Shown here: piece after piece, positions 44,258-54,217 of the stretch | How the letters are laid out: the number at the start of each line of letters is the position of its first letter | Numbering within the stretch: the stretch's first letter is position 1 | Source: an uncultured Verrucomicrobiae bacterium | GTDB lineage: Bacteria; Verrucomicrobiota; Verrucomicrobiia; Limisphaerales; Palsa-1400 | Assembly (NCBI GenBank): GCA_963764165.1 | Contig: CAVXRD010000002.1 | Location: 480,001 to 544,000 of the forward strand | DNA: 64,000 nucleotides | Direction: 5' to 3' | Made by a program: the position numbers and the translations under genes | Notes under the pieces: model-generated | Database searches by the model: none | Told to the model about the DNA's origin: nothing | What the model saw: only the letters and a program-made list of their open reading frames with translations

Positions 44258-44400
44258 TTGCGGCAGGGCGAGCGATCCCTGAAATGTTAGAAATGAGTCG
44301 GCTGCGAAAAGATTAAATTGCGGCTCCAACGAGTCTCGCCTCGCCAAAACAATCCAGACAAAACGGTTGCATAGGCAGCCGTTTTGGGGAATATACGGAA

Positions 44401-45576
44401 ATGCGAGCGCGATTCTGGCTGGTCCTTTCCGTCGCCTTAAATGTTCTTCTGGCGATTGGCCTCGTTATCGCGAAGAAGCCTGGGGAGCAAGAAATGGATT
44501 CCGATAGCCCGGCTCCCACCGTGCTGGTCAAAACGAACGTCGTTGTTCGGCAGGAGAATTTCACTTGGGACCAAATACGATCGACTAACTACGCGACATT
44601 AATCACCAACCTGCGCGCCATCGGCTGCCCCGAACAAGTCATCCGCGATCTTGTGGTGTCCGACATCAACCGAATTTATGCCACCAGACGGCTGACAGAG
44701 GTGAATTTTCCAAATTTCCAGTGGTGGAAATCGAATCCGGATCCGGCATTGACGAAAGCAGCGGAAGACAAACTGCAAGCTCTCGAATCCGAACGGCGGG
44801 ACTTGCTGACCGGACTGCTCGGCCAGGGTTGGGATGCGGAAAGCAAGGAAGCGATTGCAGCGCGAGGCGGCATAACTTTGACCGGGCCGCTGCTGGGCGA
44901 ATTGTCGCCGTCCGCGAAACAGGCGATTCTCGACATCGTGGCGGCGGCGCAGCTTAAGATTGATGCCTACCAGCAGCAACAACGGCTGGCGGGCGCCGCG
45001 GTCGACCCGATGCAAATGGTTCGCCTGCGAGAAGAACCTTTGACAGCCCTGGCGTCGGTGATGGAGCCCGCCCCCTACGATGAATTTCTCCTGCGATATT
45101 CCCCTGCCGCGCAGCAGCTCCGCGACATGATGAAGACGATGACTTTGACGCCAGACCAATTCAGCGCCCTTTACAACGCGCTGAGCGGCATCATCGGCCA
45201 GCCGGTCTTTTTCTATTCCGGCTCGGATCCGGCCTTGGCGAAGCAGCAACAGCAACTGGCCACGCAAAGCGAGGCCGTCATCAAAACAATTTTGGGAGAA
45301 GCCTACGCGACCTACCAATTGAACCAGGATCCTGTTTACCAGAACACGCAGGCGCTCGCGCAACAGTTGAGCTTGCCGGCAAAAATGATTGTGCCGCTGT
45401 ATCAAATCAGCCGGGCGTCGCAGGCAGAGATGGATCGCATCCGCTCCGACGACACCTTGAGCAACGATGAGAAAATTCAAGCGCTCTCGCAAACGCGGGT
45501 GGAAGAAGAGCAGACAGTGGAGCAATTGCTGGGCCCGGATGCATTCGAGCGCTGGCTTGAGTCGCAAGAGAAATAG
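44401..45576 (+). CDS. Hypothetical helical protein with N-terminal membrane anchor
   Basis: 391-aa ORF, NLRAIGCPEQVIRDLV; function not recognised. Confidence 0.75.
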   Translation: MRARFWLVLSVALNVLLAIGLVIAKKPGEQEMDSDSPAPTVLVKTNVVVRQENFTWDQIRSTNYATLITNLRAIGCPEQVIRDLVVSDINRIYATRRLTEVNFPNFQWWKSNPDPALTKAAEDKLQALESERRDLLTGLLGQGWDAESKEAIAARGGITLTGPLLGELSPSAKQAILDIVAAAQLKIDAYQQQQRLAGAAVDPMQMVRLREEPLTALASVMEPAPYDEFLLRYSPAAQQLRDMMKTMTLTPDQFSALYNALSGIIGQPVFFYSGSDPALAKQQQQLATQSEAVIKTILGEAYATYQLNQDPVYQNTQALAQQLSLPAKMIVPLYQISRASQAEMDRIRSDDTLSNDEKIQALSQTRVEEEQTVEQLLGPDAFERWLESQEK

Positions 45577-45595
45577 CGGGCCTTCCAGCCGATCG

Positions 45596-45967
45596 TCAGG
45601 CCTCTTCCGAATCGAGCCGGTCATCGTGGTTGGCCGCGCTTGCGGCATAAAAAAAGCCGCCCGCCACAATGATTGCAACGACGACAACCAATCCCGCTTG
45701 GACAATCGGATTCTTCAGCGTTTGCTGCATCTCGCTGGCAAACACCGCTTGCTTTCCCAGAAGCATTTCCGACTGGCGGGTGGCGCTCTTGTCTTCTCCG
45801 GCGACGGGCAAAGGGCTCTCGCCCGCCGGGGAGCGGGTGCCGAGCCAATAAACTCCGTCCGCCGCAAAAACGCCGAACGCCAGCACGACAGCGCCAATCA
45901 TTCGCAAGCGCCGCGCGCGCTGTCTCGCATTGAAAGCCCCACCGGAGTCTGTTTTCGTCGTTTCCAT
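45596..45967 (-). CDS. Small two-TM hypothetical protein
   Basis: ATG ORF with two hydrophobic segments. Confidence 0.55.
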   Translation of the reverse strand: METTKTDSGGAFNARQRARRLRMIGAVVLAFGVFAADGVYWLGTRSPAGESPLPVAGEDKSATRQSEMLLGKQAVFASEMQQTLKNPIVQAGLVVVVAIIVAGGFFYAASAANHDDRLDSEEA

Positions 45968-46155
45968 CGTCGAAAGGATGCAACGGGAATCGAATCCGTC
46001 AAGCGTCTCAAGGCCAATGTTCTATATTTGACAGGCTGGAGTTTGATTAGAAATGGGCTCCGTGGCATGGCCCGCCTGCTTCTTATCGAACCCCAATGCA
46101 CGATTGACAGAGAAGAATACTCGCAAAGCCGCCAGCATTCCGCAACAATCCCGCC

Positions 46156-46779
46156 ATGAGCGCAGGCATATCTCGATGGCTGGGAACGGTAATCAGTTCC
46201 GTCCGCCGGTCGCAATCGGCCCTCTGGCGAATGGAAGCCCGGCTAAAGGGCGCGGAGTGCGACCCCACAGTCGTGTTTGCAGGGCGCCCTATTGTTAGTG
46301 TCGCGCCCGACTCCGTCTTGAGCCTTGGACGAAATGTGACGCTGGCCAGCGCGGTGCGGGCAACTCCGCTAGCGTGCTTTCAGCCTTGTGTCATCCGAAC
46401 CCTGGCGCCGAACGCCCGGCTCACTCTCGGCGCGAATTCAGGCATGAGTGGCACCGTGGTATGCGCCGCCTCGTCCATCGAAATCGGGGAAGGAACCCTG
46501 ATTGGTTCCGGCGCGATGATTATTGACAACGATTTCCACGAGCTTTCGCCGGAAGGATGGCGGGAGGCAAGCCCTTCCAATGCACGCCCCATCAAAATTG
46601 GACGCGAAGTTTTCATAGGTGCGCGCGCCATCATTCTTAAAGGGGTTACGATTGGGGATCGGGCCATTGTGGGAGCCGGCTCGGTGGTCACCCGAGATGT
46701 GCCGGCAAATTGCCTTGCGACGGGCAATCCGGCTTCGGTTCGCCCCAAAAAGACAGGCGCCGCAATGCTCCCAACCTGA
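46156..46779 (+). CDS. Hexapeptide-repeat acyltransferase
   Basis: DNDFH, IGARAIILKGVTIGDRAIVGAGSVV, GNPA. Confidence 0.88.
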   Translation: MSAGISRWLGTVISSVRRSQSALWRMEARLKGAECDPTVVFAGRPIVSVAPDSVLSLGRNVTLASAVRATPLACFQPCVIRTLAPNARLTLGANSGMSGTVVCAASSIEIGEGTLIGSGAMIIDNDFHELSPEGWREASPSNARPIKIGREVFIGARAIILKGVTIGDRAIVGAGSVVTRDVPANCLATGNPASVRPKKTGAAMLPT

Positions 46780-46838
46780 TCGGAAATTTGCCCAGCCATG
46801 AAAACACAGGACAACCTCGTTTTGCCTCGAGCCCCGTC

Positions 46839-48017
46839 ATGACGCCATTGACCGTTGCCTGGATCTCCGATTTCCCCATCGAATGGCTGCCCGATGGGCC
46901 TGCGGAAGTGTTGCGCCTCCCCCGCCAGCATCCGGCCATGTGGGAAGTGGTCTTGCTGGGCGAGTTCGAGCGGAATCCCGCGTTGCAGCTTCATATCATC
47001 GCGCTGCGCTCGGGCATTGAGCGATCTTTTTCGTTCCAACGCAACGGGGTCACTTTCCACGTCGTCAAATACTGGGGCGGAACGCGCGCCCCAAGTTTTT
47101 TCTGGGTCGACACGCTGCTCATAAAACGTGTCCTCAAAAAGATTAAGCCTCAGGTGGTTCATGCCTGGGGCAATGAGAGAGGCGCGGGCCTGATCGCCAC
47201 CCGATGCAAGTGGCCTTTCCTGATTACGATTCAAGGATTGTTCAACTGGTACCGCCAGCACATTCCCATGTCGAAGCATGAGCGCCTGGCTGTTCTGGCG
47301 GAAAAGCTAAGCGTGTCAGGAAGCGCGCACGTCACGGCTGAAACCAAGTTTTCCATAGAATTTCTGCGGCAAATGAACCCGCGTCTCAACCTCTATCAGG
47401 TTGAGCACGCCCCAAGCTGGCTTTTTCACCACATCAAGCGCCAGCCCGCCACCGAGCCAATTCGATTCATGACCGCTGGAACCATCAACCATCGGAAAGG
47501 ATCCGATTTGCTCCTAAAAGCTCTCAATGAATTGGTGAATGAAATGCCGTTTCAATTAGTGATCGTCGGAGACCCCAATGCTTCGTTCCTTGACCCGTTA
47601 AAAGCCACGTTGTCCAAAGCATTATGGGATCGGATCGAATTCAAGGGGCACTTGAAACCGGAACAAGTCGCCAGCGAACTGAGCATGGCGACGATCATGC
47701 TGTTTCCCACGCGGGTGGACAACAGCCCCAACGCGGTCAAAGAGGCGGTCGTGGCAGGTGTGCCAGTCGTTGCCAGCGCCGTAGGAGGAATTCCCGATTA
47801 CGTCATACCCCAAAAAAACGGCATCCTTTTCGAGCCAGGGAATCTCGCGGAATTTATTAAAGCCATTCGGGAGGCCTGCCGGCATCCGTTGTTTCGAATG
47901 GGCCAGATCGCCCCCGAAAACCTAATCGCCAGCCGCGAGTATCTTTCCCCATCCCGCATGGCCACGCTTTTTTTGGATGCGTATCAAAGGGTTTGCGCGG
48001 GGCGGGGAAAGGAGTGA
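46839..48017 (+). CDS. GT4 glycosyltransferase
   Basis: RKGSD, DNSPNAVKEAVVAGVPVVASAVGGIPD. Confidence 0.9.
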   Translation: MTPLTVAWISDFPIEWLPDGPAEVLRLPRQHPAMWEVVLLGEFERNPALQLHIIALRSGIERSFSFQRNGVTFHVVKYWGGTRAPSFFWVDTLLIKRVLKKIKPQVVHAWGNERGAGLIATRCKWPFLITIQGLFNWYRQHIPMSKHERLAVLAEKLSVSGSAHVTAETKFSIEFLRQMNPRLNLYQVEHAPSWLFHHIKRQPATEPIRFMTAGTINHRKGSDLLLKALNELVNEMPFQLVIVGDPNASFLDPLKATLSKALWDRIEFKGHLKPEQVASELSMATIMLFPTRVDNSPNAVKEAVVAGVPVVASAVGGIPDYVIPQKNGILFEPGNLAEFIKAIREACRHPLFRMGQIAPENLIASREYLSPSRMATLFLDAYQRVCAGRGKE

Positions 48018-48136
48018 ATGCAATGGAAAAGTTTGGTCGCCAATTTGTCAGCATCCGAAAATCGCCAAATCGCTTTTGTTAGTGCAATCTCCGCTCATTC
48101 TGCTCACCATCGTTACCTAAGCAAACGAACATAAGT

Positions 48137-48379
48137 ATGAACGGGCAAGAGAAGAATGGGGGCGAACTATTTATCGTTGATAACAGCGACGATAAATGGA
48201 AGGGGTTAAAATATCTTCAAGACTGGACGGAAATCGCCAGCGGATTTGACATCGCCAGCGGTTATTTTGAGATTGGCGCGCTCCTCGCCCTGGATGGCAA
48301 ATGGCAAAAGCTGGACAGCATTCGCATTCTCATGGGAGATCAGGCAACGGAACGCACCCGACAGGCGAACGCCCATTGA
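48137..48379 (+). pseudogene. N-terminal remnant of a PLD-domain/SNF2 helicase-type protein
   Basis: FIVDNSD..WK...YL..W....DIASGYFEIG.LL.LDG.WQKL..IRILMG, then abrupt end. Confidence 0.65.
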
Positions 48380-48401
48380 TGATGACGAGGCTTTGAATTC
48401 C

Positions 48402-49298
48402 GTGGAGGCGGTGCAGCATCTTTTTGTGGACGAGGCTGGCACGCCTACTCTCTTCCACGAAAGCGGAAAAGTGATTGTGGATACGTTTGGGTGTTCCCGT
48501 TTTTTCATCCTCGGAAAGCTCGAGGTTGAAAATCCAGAAGGGCTGGCTGGAAGTCTGACCGAATTGCGTCAGCAGATGCTCGCTGACCCGATGCTTTCTG
48601 GCACGGAATCCTTCAAGCCGGAACGCCGGAAAACTGCCGTCGCATTCCACGCCAAGGACGATTTGCCGGAAGTTCGGTTTCGGGTGTTTGATTTATTACG
48701 GCAATTCGGCAACCAATTGCGTTTCTATGCCGTCGTCTGCGACAAGCAGGAACTCGCCAAGGTCGAGGCGGCAAAGCGCGCCGATCATCCCGGTTACCGC
48801 TTCAACGAAAACTCCGTCTATGATTCGCTGATGCGCGAGTTGTTTGGAAAATTTCATCGATTGGCTGATCGCTATGATGTTTGCGTGGCAAAACGCGGCA
48901 ACAGCAAACGCGACGAGGCCCTTAAAACGGCCCTGGCTCACGCTGAGGCGGATTTCGAGCGGAAATTTGGCTTTGGCCGCGGTGGTCCCGACGCGTGGAC
49001 GGTGACGGTGCAATCGTCAAAGGACAATCCCTGCCTTCAGGCGGTGGATTATTTTCTTTGGGCTTTGCAGCGATTTTACGAAGTCAAATTCAACGCGGAA
49101 ACCAAACAGCATCAGATTGATCCGAGGACCGGGTTCGTCATCCGGGAAGACAGGTTTTTGAACGCCGTCTGGCCCCAAGTGAGCGAAATCCACGACCTCC
49201 ATTTTGGCAAACCACACGGAACGTTTTTCACGGTCCAAACCCCATTGAAGCTGTCAGAACGGTTTCCTCCGCCAAAGCCGAAAAAGAAAAAACCGTGA
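48402..49298 (+). CDS. DUF3800-like (RNase H-fold) protein
   Basis: FVDEAG, FHAK.D, LQAVDYFLWA, Lys-rich end; start uncertain (frame open from 48246). Confidence 0.75.
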   Translation: MEAVQHLFVDEAGTPTLFHESGKVIVDTFGCSRFFILGKLEVENPEGLAGSLTELRQQMLADPMLSGTESFKPERRKTAVAFHAKDDLPEVRFRVFDLLRQFGNQLRFYAVVCDKQELAKVEAAKRADHPGYRFNENSVYDSLMRELFGKFHRLADRYDVCVAKRGNSKRDEALKTALAHAEADFERKFGFGRGGPDAWTVTVQSSKDNPCLQAVDYFLWALQRFYEVKFNAETKQHQIDPRTGFVIREDRFLNAVWPQVSEIHDLHFGKPHGTFFTVQTPLKLSERFPPPKPKKKKP

Positions 49299-49356
49299 GT
49301 ATAGGAACCCCGAAGGTTCTCACGGCACGAGGCCGATTTTTGCTCACGGCACAGGT
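49285..49356 (+). ncRNA. Candidate structured RNA overlapping the DUF3800 stop codon
   Basis: CCGTGA/TCACGG stem enclosing GAACC/GGTTC hairpin; alternative CGGC/GCCG hairpin; CTCACGGCAC repeated. Confidence 0.5.
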
Positions 49357-49553
49357 AATTTATTTACCCATGGAGATTTGTAAAGACACATTTTGTGCAT
49401 TTCTCGATTTCATGCGCAAATATTTTCGAAAAATCGTGCCAAAAACACTCCGGTAGGTTTTCCATCCCGCGCCATCCGTGCCAAAGTGCGTTCATGTGTA
49501 TATATGATAGGACTGCGAGGAAAGGACTGAGCAGGAACAATTCATTTGGATTT

Positions 49554-49698
49554 GGGAGCGCGACTGTCTCGGTCGCTCTGGGCGGCGTTTCGCCGAACAA
49601 TTCCATAGGATTTTGGCTATCACGGGTTAGTGAGATGCCTTTGCTCGAAGAGTTTTCGGCGGGACGCCGAAAACAGCGGTCGAGACGACCGCGCTCCC
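49554..49698. repeat. Imperfect inverted-repeat (REP-like) element
   Basis: GGGAGCGCGACTGTCTCGGTCGCT ... AGCGGTCGAGACGACCGCGCTCCC with internal hairpins. Confidence 0.7.
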
Positions 49699-49789
49699 CG
49701 AAGCCAACTGCATGAGGTATCTTTATGATAGGACTGAGACGAAAGAACTGAGGACTGAGGTTCTGGGGGCGAGTTTCGCCTCAAAGTCG

Positions 49790-49829
49790 TTGCACGCTAT
49801 TGCACCCTATTGCACCCTATTGCACCCTT
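49790..49829. repeat. 10-bp tandem repeat TTGCACCCTA x4 (imperfect)
   Basis: Read directly from sequence. Confidence 0.85.
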
Positions 49830-49894
49830 GAGTTTTTATCACATAAATTGCACCTTCCGAACTCGGGAAGAGTCGCCGGAGCCGTCCCTTCTGA

Positions 49895-50038
49895 TTCCCT
49901 CGCCCTGCGAAGCAGGGAGAGGGCTAGGGAGAGGGGCACCGGGATCGCAGGACCAGTTGCCCGCTATGAACACGTCAAGTCGAACTCTACAAAATCCCCT
50001 CTCTCCGGCTCTCTCCCCGAAAGCGGGGCGAGAGGGAA
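49895..50038. repeat. CCCTC/GGGAGAGGG inverted-repeat doublet (REP-like)
   Basis: TTCCCTCGCCCTGC-GAA-GCAGGGAGAGGG... and mirrored CCCCTCTCTCC...GAGAGGGAA. Confidence 0.7.
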
Positions 50039-50158
50039 AGACACCAATTCCACGGTTAGCGCTTATGGCGAGGCGTCTACCTTGGAATCAAGATGCCTCT
50101 GCCCCGACGCTCGCCATGCCAGACGTTGACACCGCCAGCAGGCATCAAGTAATTAAAG

Positions 50159-51391
50159 ATGAGTTTGACTCTAACTAGCCATCAGGTCTCCGCTCCGCCC
50201 AGAAACGCATCCACTGCGAGTCCTTTGCGAATACTGCTGGTGGGCGGCGGGCCGGTCTTTGATCTTGGCGGCATGGGCAAGGTCGTCCAATCGATGATCG
50301 CCGAACTTTCCAAAGAGTTCAGCCTGAGCCTGGCGGCTCCTGACATCGATGCCCCCGGTCTGACGAAGGATTTGGCGTCGTGCCTGCATCACCGCATCAA
50401 AGTTCCGGTGCATCATTGGAATCGGGCGGCGGCGCATGAATTCGTTGAGCAGGTTAAGGCGGAAAAATACGACTTGATCCACTTGCACGGCGGAACGTTC
50501 ACCTTTGATGCGCATATTCCGTGGCGCAGCCCGCTCCATCGGCTTTGTCTGGCGGGAGTGCCTTGGGTTTTAACCAATCATTGCGCCCCCTCTTTTACCG
50601 AAGGATTGTTTGCTCCGAATTATCCGCGCGCATTGAAGCCTTTGAAATCATTTTTGGCTTGGGCGTCCTGGAGTTTTTTGCTGTCTGCCGGGCAGGAGGT
50701 CTTCGTTTCGGACGAAAACCGGGGCCAGATCGACCGCTGGTTTCCATGGGCAAAACGGAAAATGAGAACGATTTACCCGTCGCTCTTGCAAGGGTCGCCG
50801 CCGAAGCCTGTGCTTTCGCCCGAGGTCATCACCATTGCGAATCTGGGCCATATCGCGTGGAGAAAAGGGCAGCACGATTTGCTGACGGCGTTTGCGGCGG
50901 CGCACCAGAAATTTCCGCAACTCCGGCTGATCCTGGCCGGGCCGGATATCGACGATGGCTGCGGCGCCTGGGTGCGTGGCGAGATCGGCCGGCTAAAACT
51001 GGAGTCCGCCGTGCAGATGCCGGGAGGATTGACGGACAAATCGGCGTTTTGGAAGTCGGTCGACGTTTATGTGCAGCCCGCCCATTACGAAGGCTCTCCG
51101 ATGTCCCTGATGGAAGCGCTTTGGCAAGGCAAACCCTCCATTGGGACGCGGGTTTCAGGCATTCCAGAAATGATCCAGCACGATTTCAACGGTCTGCTGG
51201 TCGAACCTCGGAAGCCGACGGAAATGGCGGCGGCCATCGAGCGTTTAGTGGTCGAATCCGAAACGCGCCGCCGGCTTAGCCAAAACGCCGCCGCTTACGT
51301 CCAAAGCAAAGGCATGACCAGCTCGGCCATGTGCCTGAAATACAGAGATTTGTACGAAACGATTTGCGCCGGATCCCGGCAGCACATATGA
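50159..51391 (+). CDS. GT4 glycosyltransferase
   Basis: RKGQHDL, EGSPMSLMEA, VSGIPE. Confidence 0.9.
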   Translation: MSLTLTSHQVSAPPRNASTASPLRILLVGGGPVFDLGGMGKVVQSMIAELSKEFSLSLAAPDIDAPGLTKDLASCLHHRIKVPVHHWNRAAAHEFVEQVKAEKYDLIHLHGGTFTFDAHIPWRSPLHRLCLAGVPWVLTNHCAPSFTEGLFAPNYPRALKPLKSFLAWASWSFLLSAGQEVFVSDENRGQIDRWFPWAKRKMRTIYPSLLQGSPPKPVLSPEVITIANLGHIAWRKGQHDLLTAFAAAHQKFPQLRLILAGPDIDDGCGAWVRGEIGRLKLESAVQMPGGLTDKSAFWKSVDVYVQPAHYEGSPMSLMEALWQGKPSIGTRVSGIPEMIQHDFNGLLVEPRKPTEMAAAIERLVVESETRRRLSQNAAAYVQSKGMTSSAMCLKYRDLYETICAGSRQHI

Positions 51392-52599
51392 AAACAGAAG
51401 CAACTGGTGGATTGGTTTTCCGTCCGGAAAGTTTCGTGGTGGCATCGTTTGCCCGATGCGGGCACGACAATTTTGCGCGGTCATTGGAGAAGCATGGCCT
51501 GCTCGCTTTTTATGCACTGGGGACTCGGCGAGGGACGGAAGGGGTTTCGGAGCAACACACTCGCCTGAAACCCGCATTTGGACTGCTGGCGTATGCAGCG
51601 ACCAGGTTCCTCCCAACTTCCCGGGCTGAGTCGTTTCGATTCAGGCTCTACCCGCTCTATGATCGCTGGGTCCGATCTCTCCTTCGCCCCGGGCAGCACC
51701 TCTTGACCAGCTTTGGTTTTGCCAATGCGGCGATGAGGCGATGCAAGGAACATGGGGGAACGACGTTTCTCGACGCTCAAAATTCGCATCCGCGCGTATT
51801 TTGGGATCTCCTGATGGAGGAGCACAAAAAATGGGGGTCACCCTACCCACCCGTCGCCAAGCATTTCAATGATCGCGGATTGGAGAGCGTCAAGCGTTCC
51901 GACTACGTGTTCGCGTGCAGCCCGTTTGTGCGGGATTCTTTTTTGGAGCAGGGATTGGAGCCGCGGCGGGTTTTATTGTATGATCAGCCCGTAAACTTGG
52001 GGTGGTTCAAACCGCCGACCGATCCACGCCCCGCCTCCCGGCCCTTGACTTTGCTCAATACCGGAGCGCTCTGCCTGCGCAAAGGAACCCCTTACTTGCT
52101 GGAAGCGTTTCGTTTGATTCGGAAAAAGGTGCCGGACGCTGTTTTGCGTTTGAGCCAAATTGTGCGGGAGGATGTCCGGGAAATCTTGAATCGTCATAGC
52201 GATTTGCCCATTGAATGGGCGCCGCCGCTTAATTTGGGAATCAAGGAGCAGCGCCAACGCTACGTGGAGAGGTTTCAAACTTCGGACATCTTTGTTTTCC
52301 CCACCATTGAAGAAGGCTTTGCCTTCGTGGTGAAGGAAGCGCTGGCCTGCGGCCTTCCCGTGATTACCACGCGGAACAGCGGCGCTTCCGACGTGATTCG
52401 CTCGGGGGAAAATGGCGAGCTTGTTCCCATCCGTGATCCCGAAGCGGTGGCGAATGCTGTCTTAGCGTGGTGGGCGAGAATTCAAGCCGGCAGACGGCTG
52501 CAAAATCTGGATCAAACCCGAACTTCGCTCGGCTTCGATGCGTTCGATAAGAGCATCATGGATATTTTGGCGACGCTGGGAACGCTTCCCGTTCGATAA
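51388..52599 (+). CDS. GT4 glycosyltransferase
   Basis: LRKGTPYL, EEGFAFVVKEALACGLPV; ATGA overlap with previous gene. Confidence 0.9.
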   Translation: MKTEATGGLVFRPESFVVASFARCGHDNFARSLEKHGLLAFYALGTRRGTEGVSEQHTRLKPAFGLLAYAATRFLPTSRAESFRFRLYPLYDRWVRSLLRPGQHLLTSFGFANAAMRRCKEHGGTTFLDAQNSHPRVFWDLLMEEHKKWGSPYPPVAKHFNDRGLESVKRSDYVFACSPFVRDSFLEQGLEPRRVLLYDQPVNLGWFKPPTDPRPASRPLTLLNTGALCLRKGTPYLLEAFRLIRKKVPDAVLRLSQIVREDVREILNRHSDLPIEWAPPLNLGIKEQRQRYVERFQTSDIFVFPTIEEGFAFVVKEALACGLPVITTRNSGASDVIRSGENGELVPIRDPEAVANAVLAWWARIQAGRRLQNLDQTRTSLGFDAFDKSIMDILATLGTLPVR

Positions 52600-52619
52600 A
52601 GCGCGCTTGCCGTTCTTTC

Positions 52620-54164
52620 TCATTTTGCAAAACCAGTGCGATAAAGAATCGGCTGCATCCAGACCGGAGCGCGGCGGCACACTTCTATCCGCAACGACGC
52701 TCCCAGGCCATAACGCACAAACATCAAAGCCGTCCACGCGCCCACAATCGCTGCGTTGGCAATGAGCCGCTGGAGAGGCGGCAGATTGCGGGCCAGCCAC
52801 CAAACCAAAAACGCGACTGGCGCCACCGTTGCGGCCAGGGCAAGAGTGCTTCTGTGCCAATGAGCCATGTCGGCCCAAGTCAGGTGAAAATACCCGCGCG
52901 TCCGCCACAGCCCATAGGCGCAGCTCCAGCAAAGACTGCACAAAACAGACACAGCCAGCATGAGAGTGATGCCTCCGAAGCGATAAAATAGAACAGTGAG
53001 TGTGATAAATGAGATTCCCTCGACAAAATACACATAGCGCAGGAAGCGGAAAACCTTCGTTTGCCCCACCAGGCCCGTATGCGCTTTTGCGGTGACGCAT
53101 AATACCAGCCAAACGGCGAGAAGCATATCGTTCACCGGCGGCCATCCGAATTCGCCCTTGGTCCAAACTTGGACAAAAGAGTTATTCGTGACGGCCAGGA
53201 CAGCGCCGGCGGCGACAGCCAAGTTGGTGGATAGGACCGCCACATCCCGGAACCGCTGCATCAACCTGTCCCGCTGGCCTTGCACCATCATTTCGGCCAG
53301 AGCCGAGGATGAGAAATCAAAAATCCTCCCGACGAATTGCAGGAGAAGGACAAACGCGCGCGTGGTGACGCTCCAGACAGCAGCGGCATCCAGCCCCATC
53401 AGCCGCGTCAAGAGCACAGCCTGGCTGGCGTTGACAAGCTGGGCTCCGAGGGTGTAAACGAAGATGTCCCGACCAAAGGCAAATAATTCCAGGAATCCCT
53501 TCCAAGAGGGCCGCCCCCACTGGCCGCGCGCCGGGAGCAGGCCGAGTTTGCAGCACCAAATCCCATTGATGGCTGCGGTCAAAATGACGCCGGCTGCCTG
53601 TCCCCACATCAAGCTGTAGACTCCCGCACCCTTGGCAAACGCCAGCCACATGACCCCGCCGTTGACAACCAATGAAAATGCGCCGCTATAGTTCGCGACA
53701 TCGAATCTCTGGTGGGCGATCAGTATGTTGCTAATGATCCGGGTGGCGAACAAGGTTCCGGTGACGCCCGCCTGGGCGATCAAGAGCCAGAAAAACTCGC
53801 GCTCGAATCTCGCCTCGATATTCAGGAGCGGCCCGGCCACAAACGCGAGAATGCATCCGGCACAGCAAACCAGGCAGGCCTGAGATATGCCCACCCAGGC
53901 ACCCGTTTGAATCATGCCTCCATACGCGCCCGGCTCCTTGTGATCCTTGTAGTCAATAAGAATCCGCGCGGATGCCGATGTGATGCCAAGATCAATCAAA
54001 GCGATGTAGCCCGCGATCTGCGTCGTAATGGCCCACAGGCCGAACTCCGGCTTCCCCAAAAAGTGAAGGGCGAGGCGCACCGACCCCAGCGTAAACAAGA
54101 CGTTCAATCCCAGCAGCACGTAACCGGAAAGCAGGGAATGCGTGAATCTCTTAATGCGTGACAT
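52620..54164 (-). CDS. Polysaccharide flippase (Wzx/MATE-like)
   Basis: 12-14 TMs, LG..EFGLW, DLG motif, polysaccharide context. Confidence 0.8.
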   Translation of the reverse strand: MSRIKRFTHSLLSGYVLLGLNVLFTLGSVRLALHFLGKPEFGLWAITTQIAGYIALIDLGITSASARILIDYKDHKEPGAYGGMIQTGAWVGISQACLVCCAGCILAFVAGPLLNIEARFEREFFWLLIAQAGVTGTLFATRIISNILIAHQRFDVANYSGAFSLVVNGGVMWLAFAKGAGVYSLMWGQAAGVILTAAINGIWCCKLGLLPARGQWGRPSWKGFLELFAFGRDIFVYTLGAQLVNASQAVLLTRLMGLDAAAVWSVTTRAFVLLLQFVGRIFDFSSSALAEMMVQGQRDRLMQRFRDVAVLSTNLAVAAGAVLAVTNNSFVQVWTKGEFGWPPVNDMLLAVWLVLCVTAKAHTGLVGQTKVFRFLRYVYFVEGISFITLTVLFYRFGGITLMLAVSVLCSLCWSCAYGLWRTRGYFHLTWADMAHWHRSTLALAATVAPVAFLVWWLARNLPPLQRLIANAAIVGAWTALMFVRYGLGASLRIEVCRRAPVWMQPILYRTGFAK

Positions 54165-54217
54165 GGAAATCGAATCAGCCGGGGGAATTACATTGCAACC
54201 GGCTCACATCGCGCTTG

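Noticed and set aside
49420..49443. Possible sigma-54 promoter (TGGCACG on minus strand)
   Set aside because: The -12 element reads TTCG rather than TTGC, and no suitable gene lies downstream.
49500..49830. Repeats considered as a CRISPR array
   Set aside because: No constant 25-40 bp repeat with regular unique spacers, and no cas genes.
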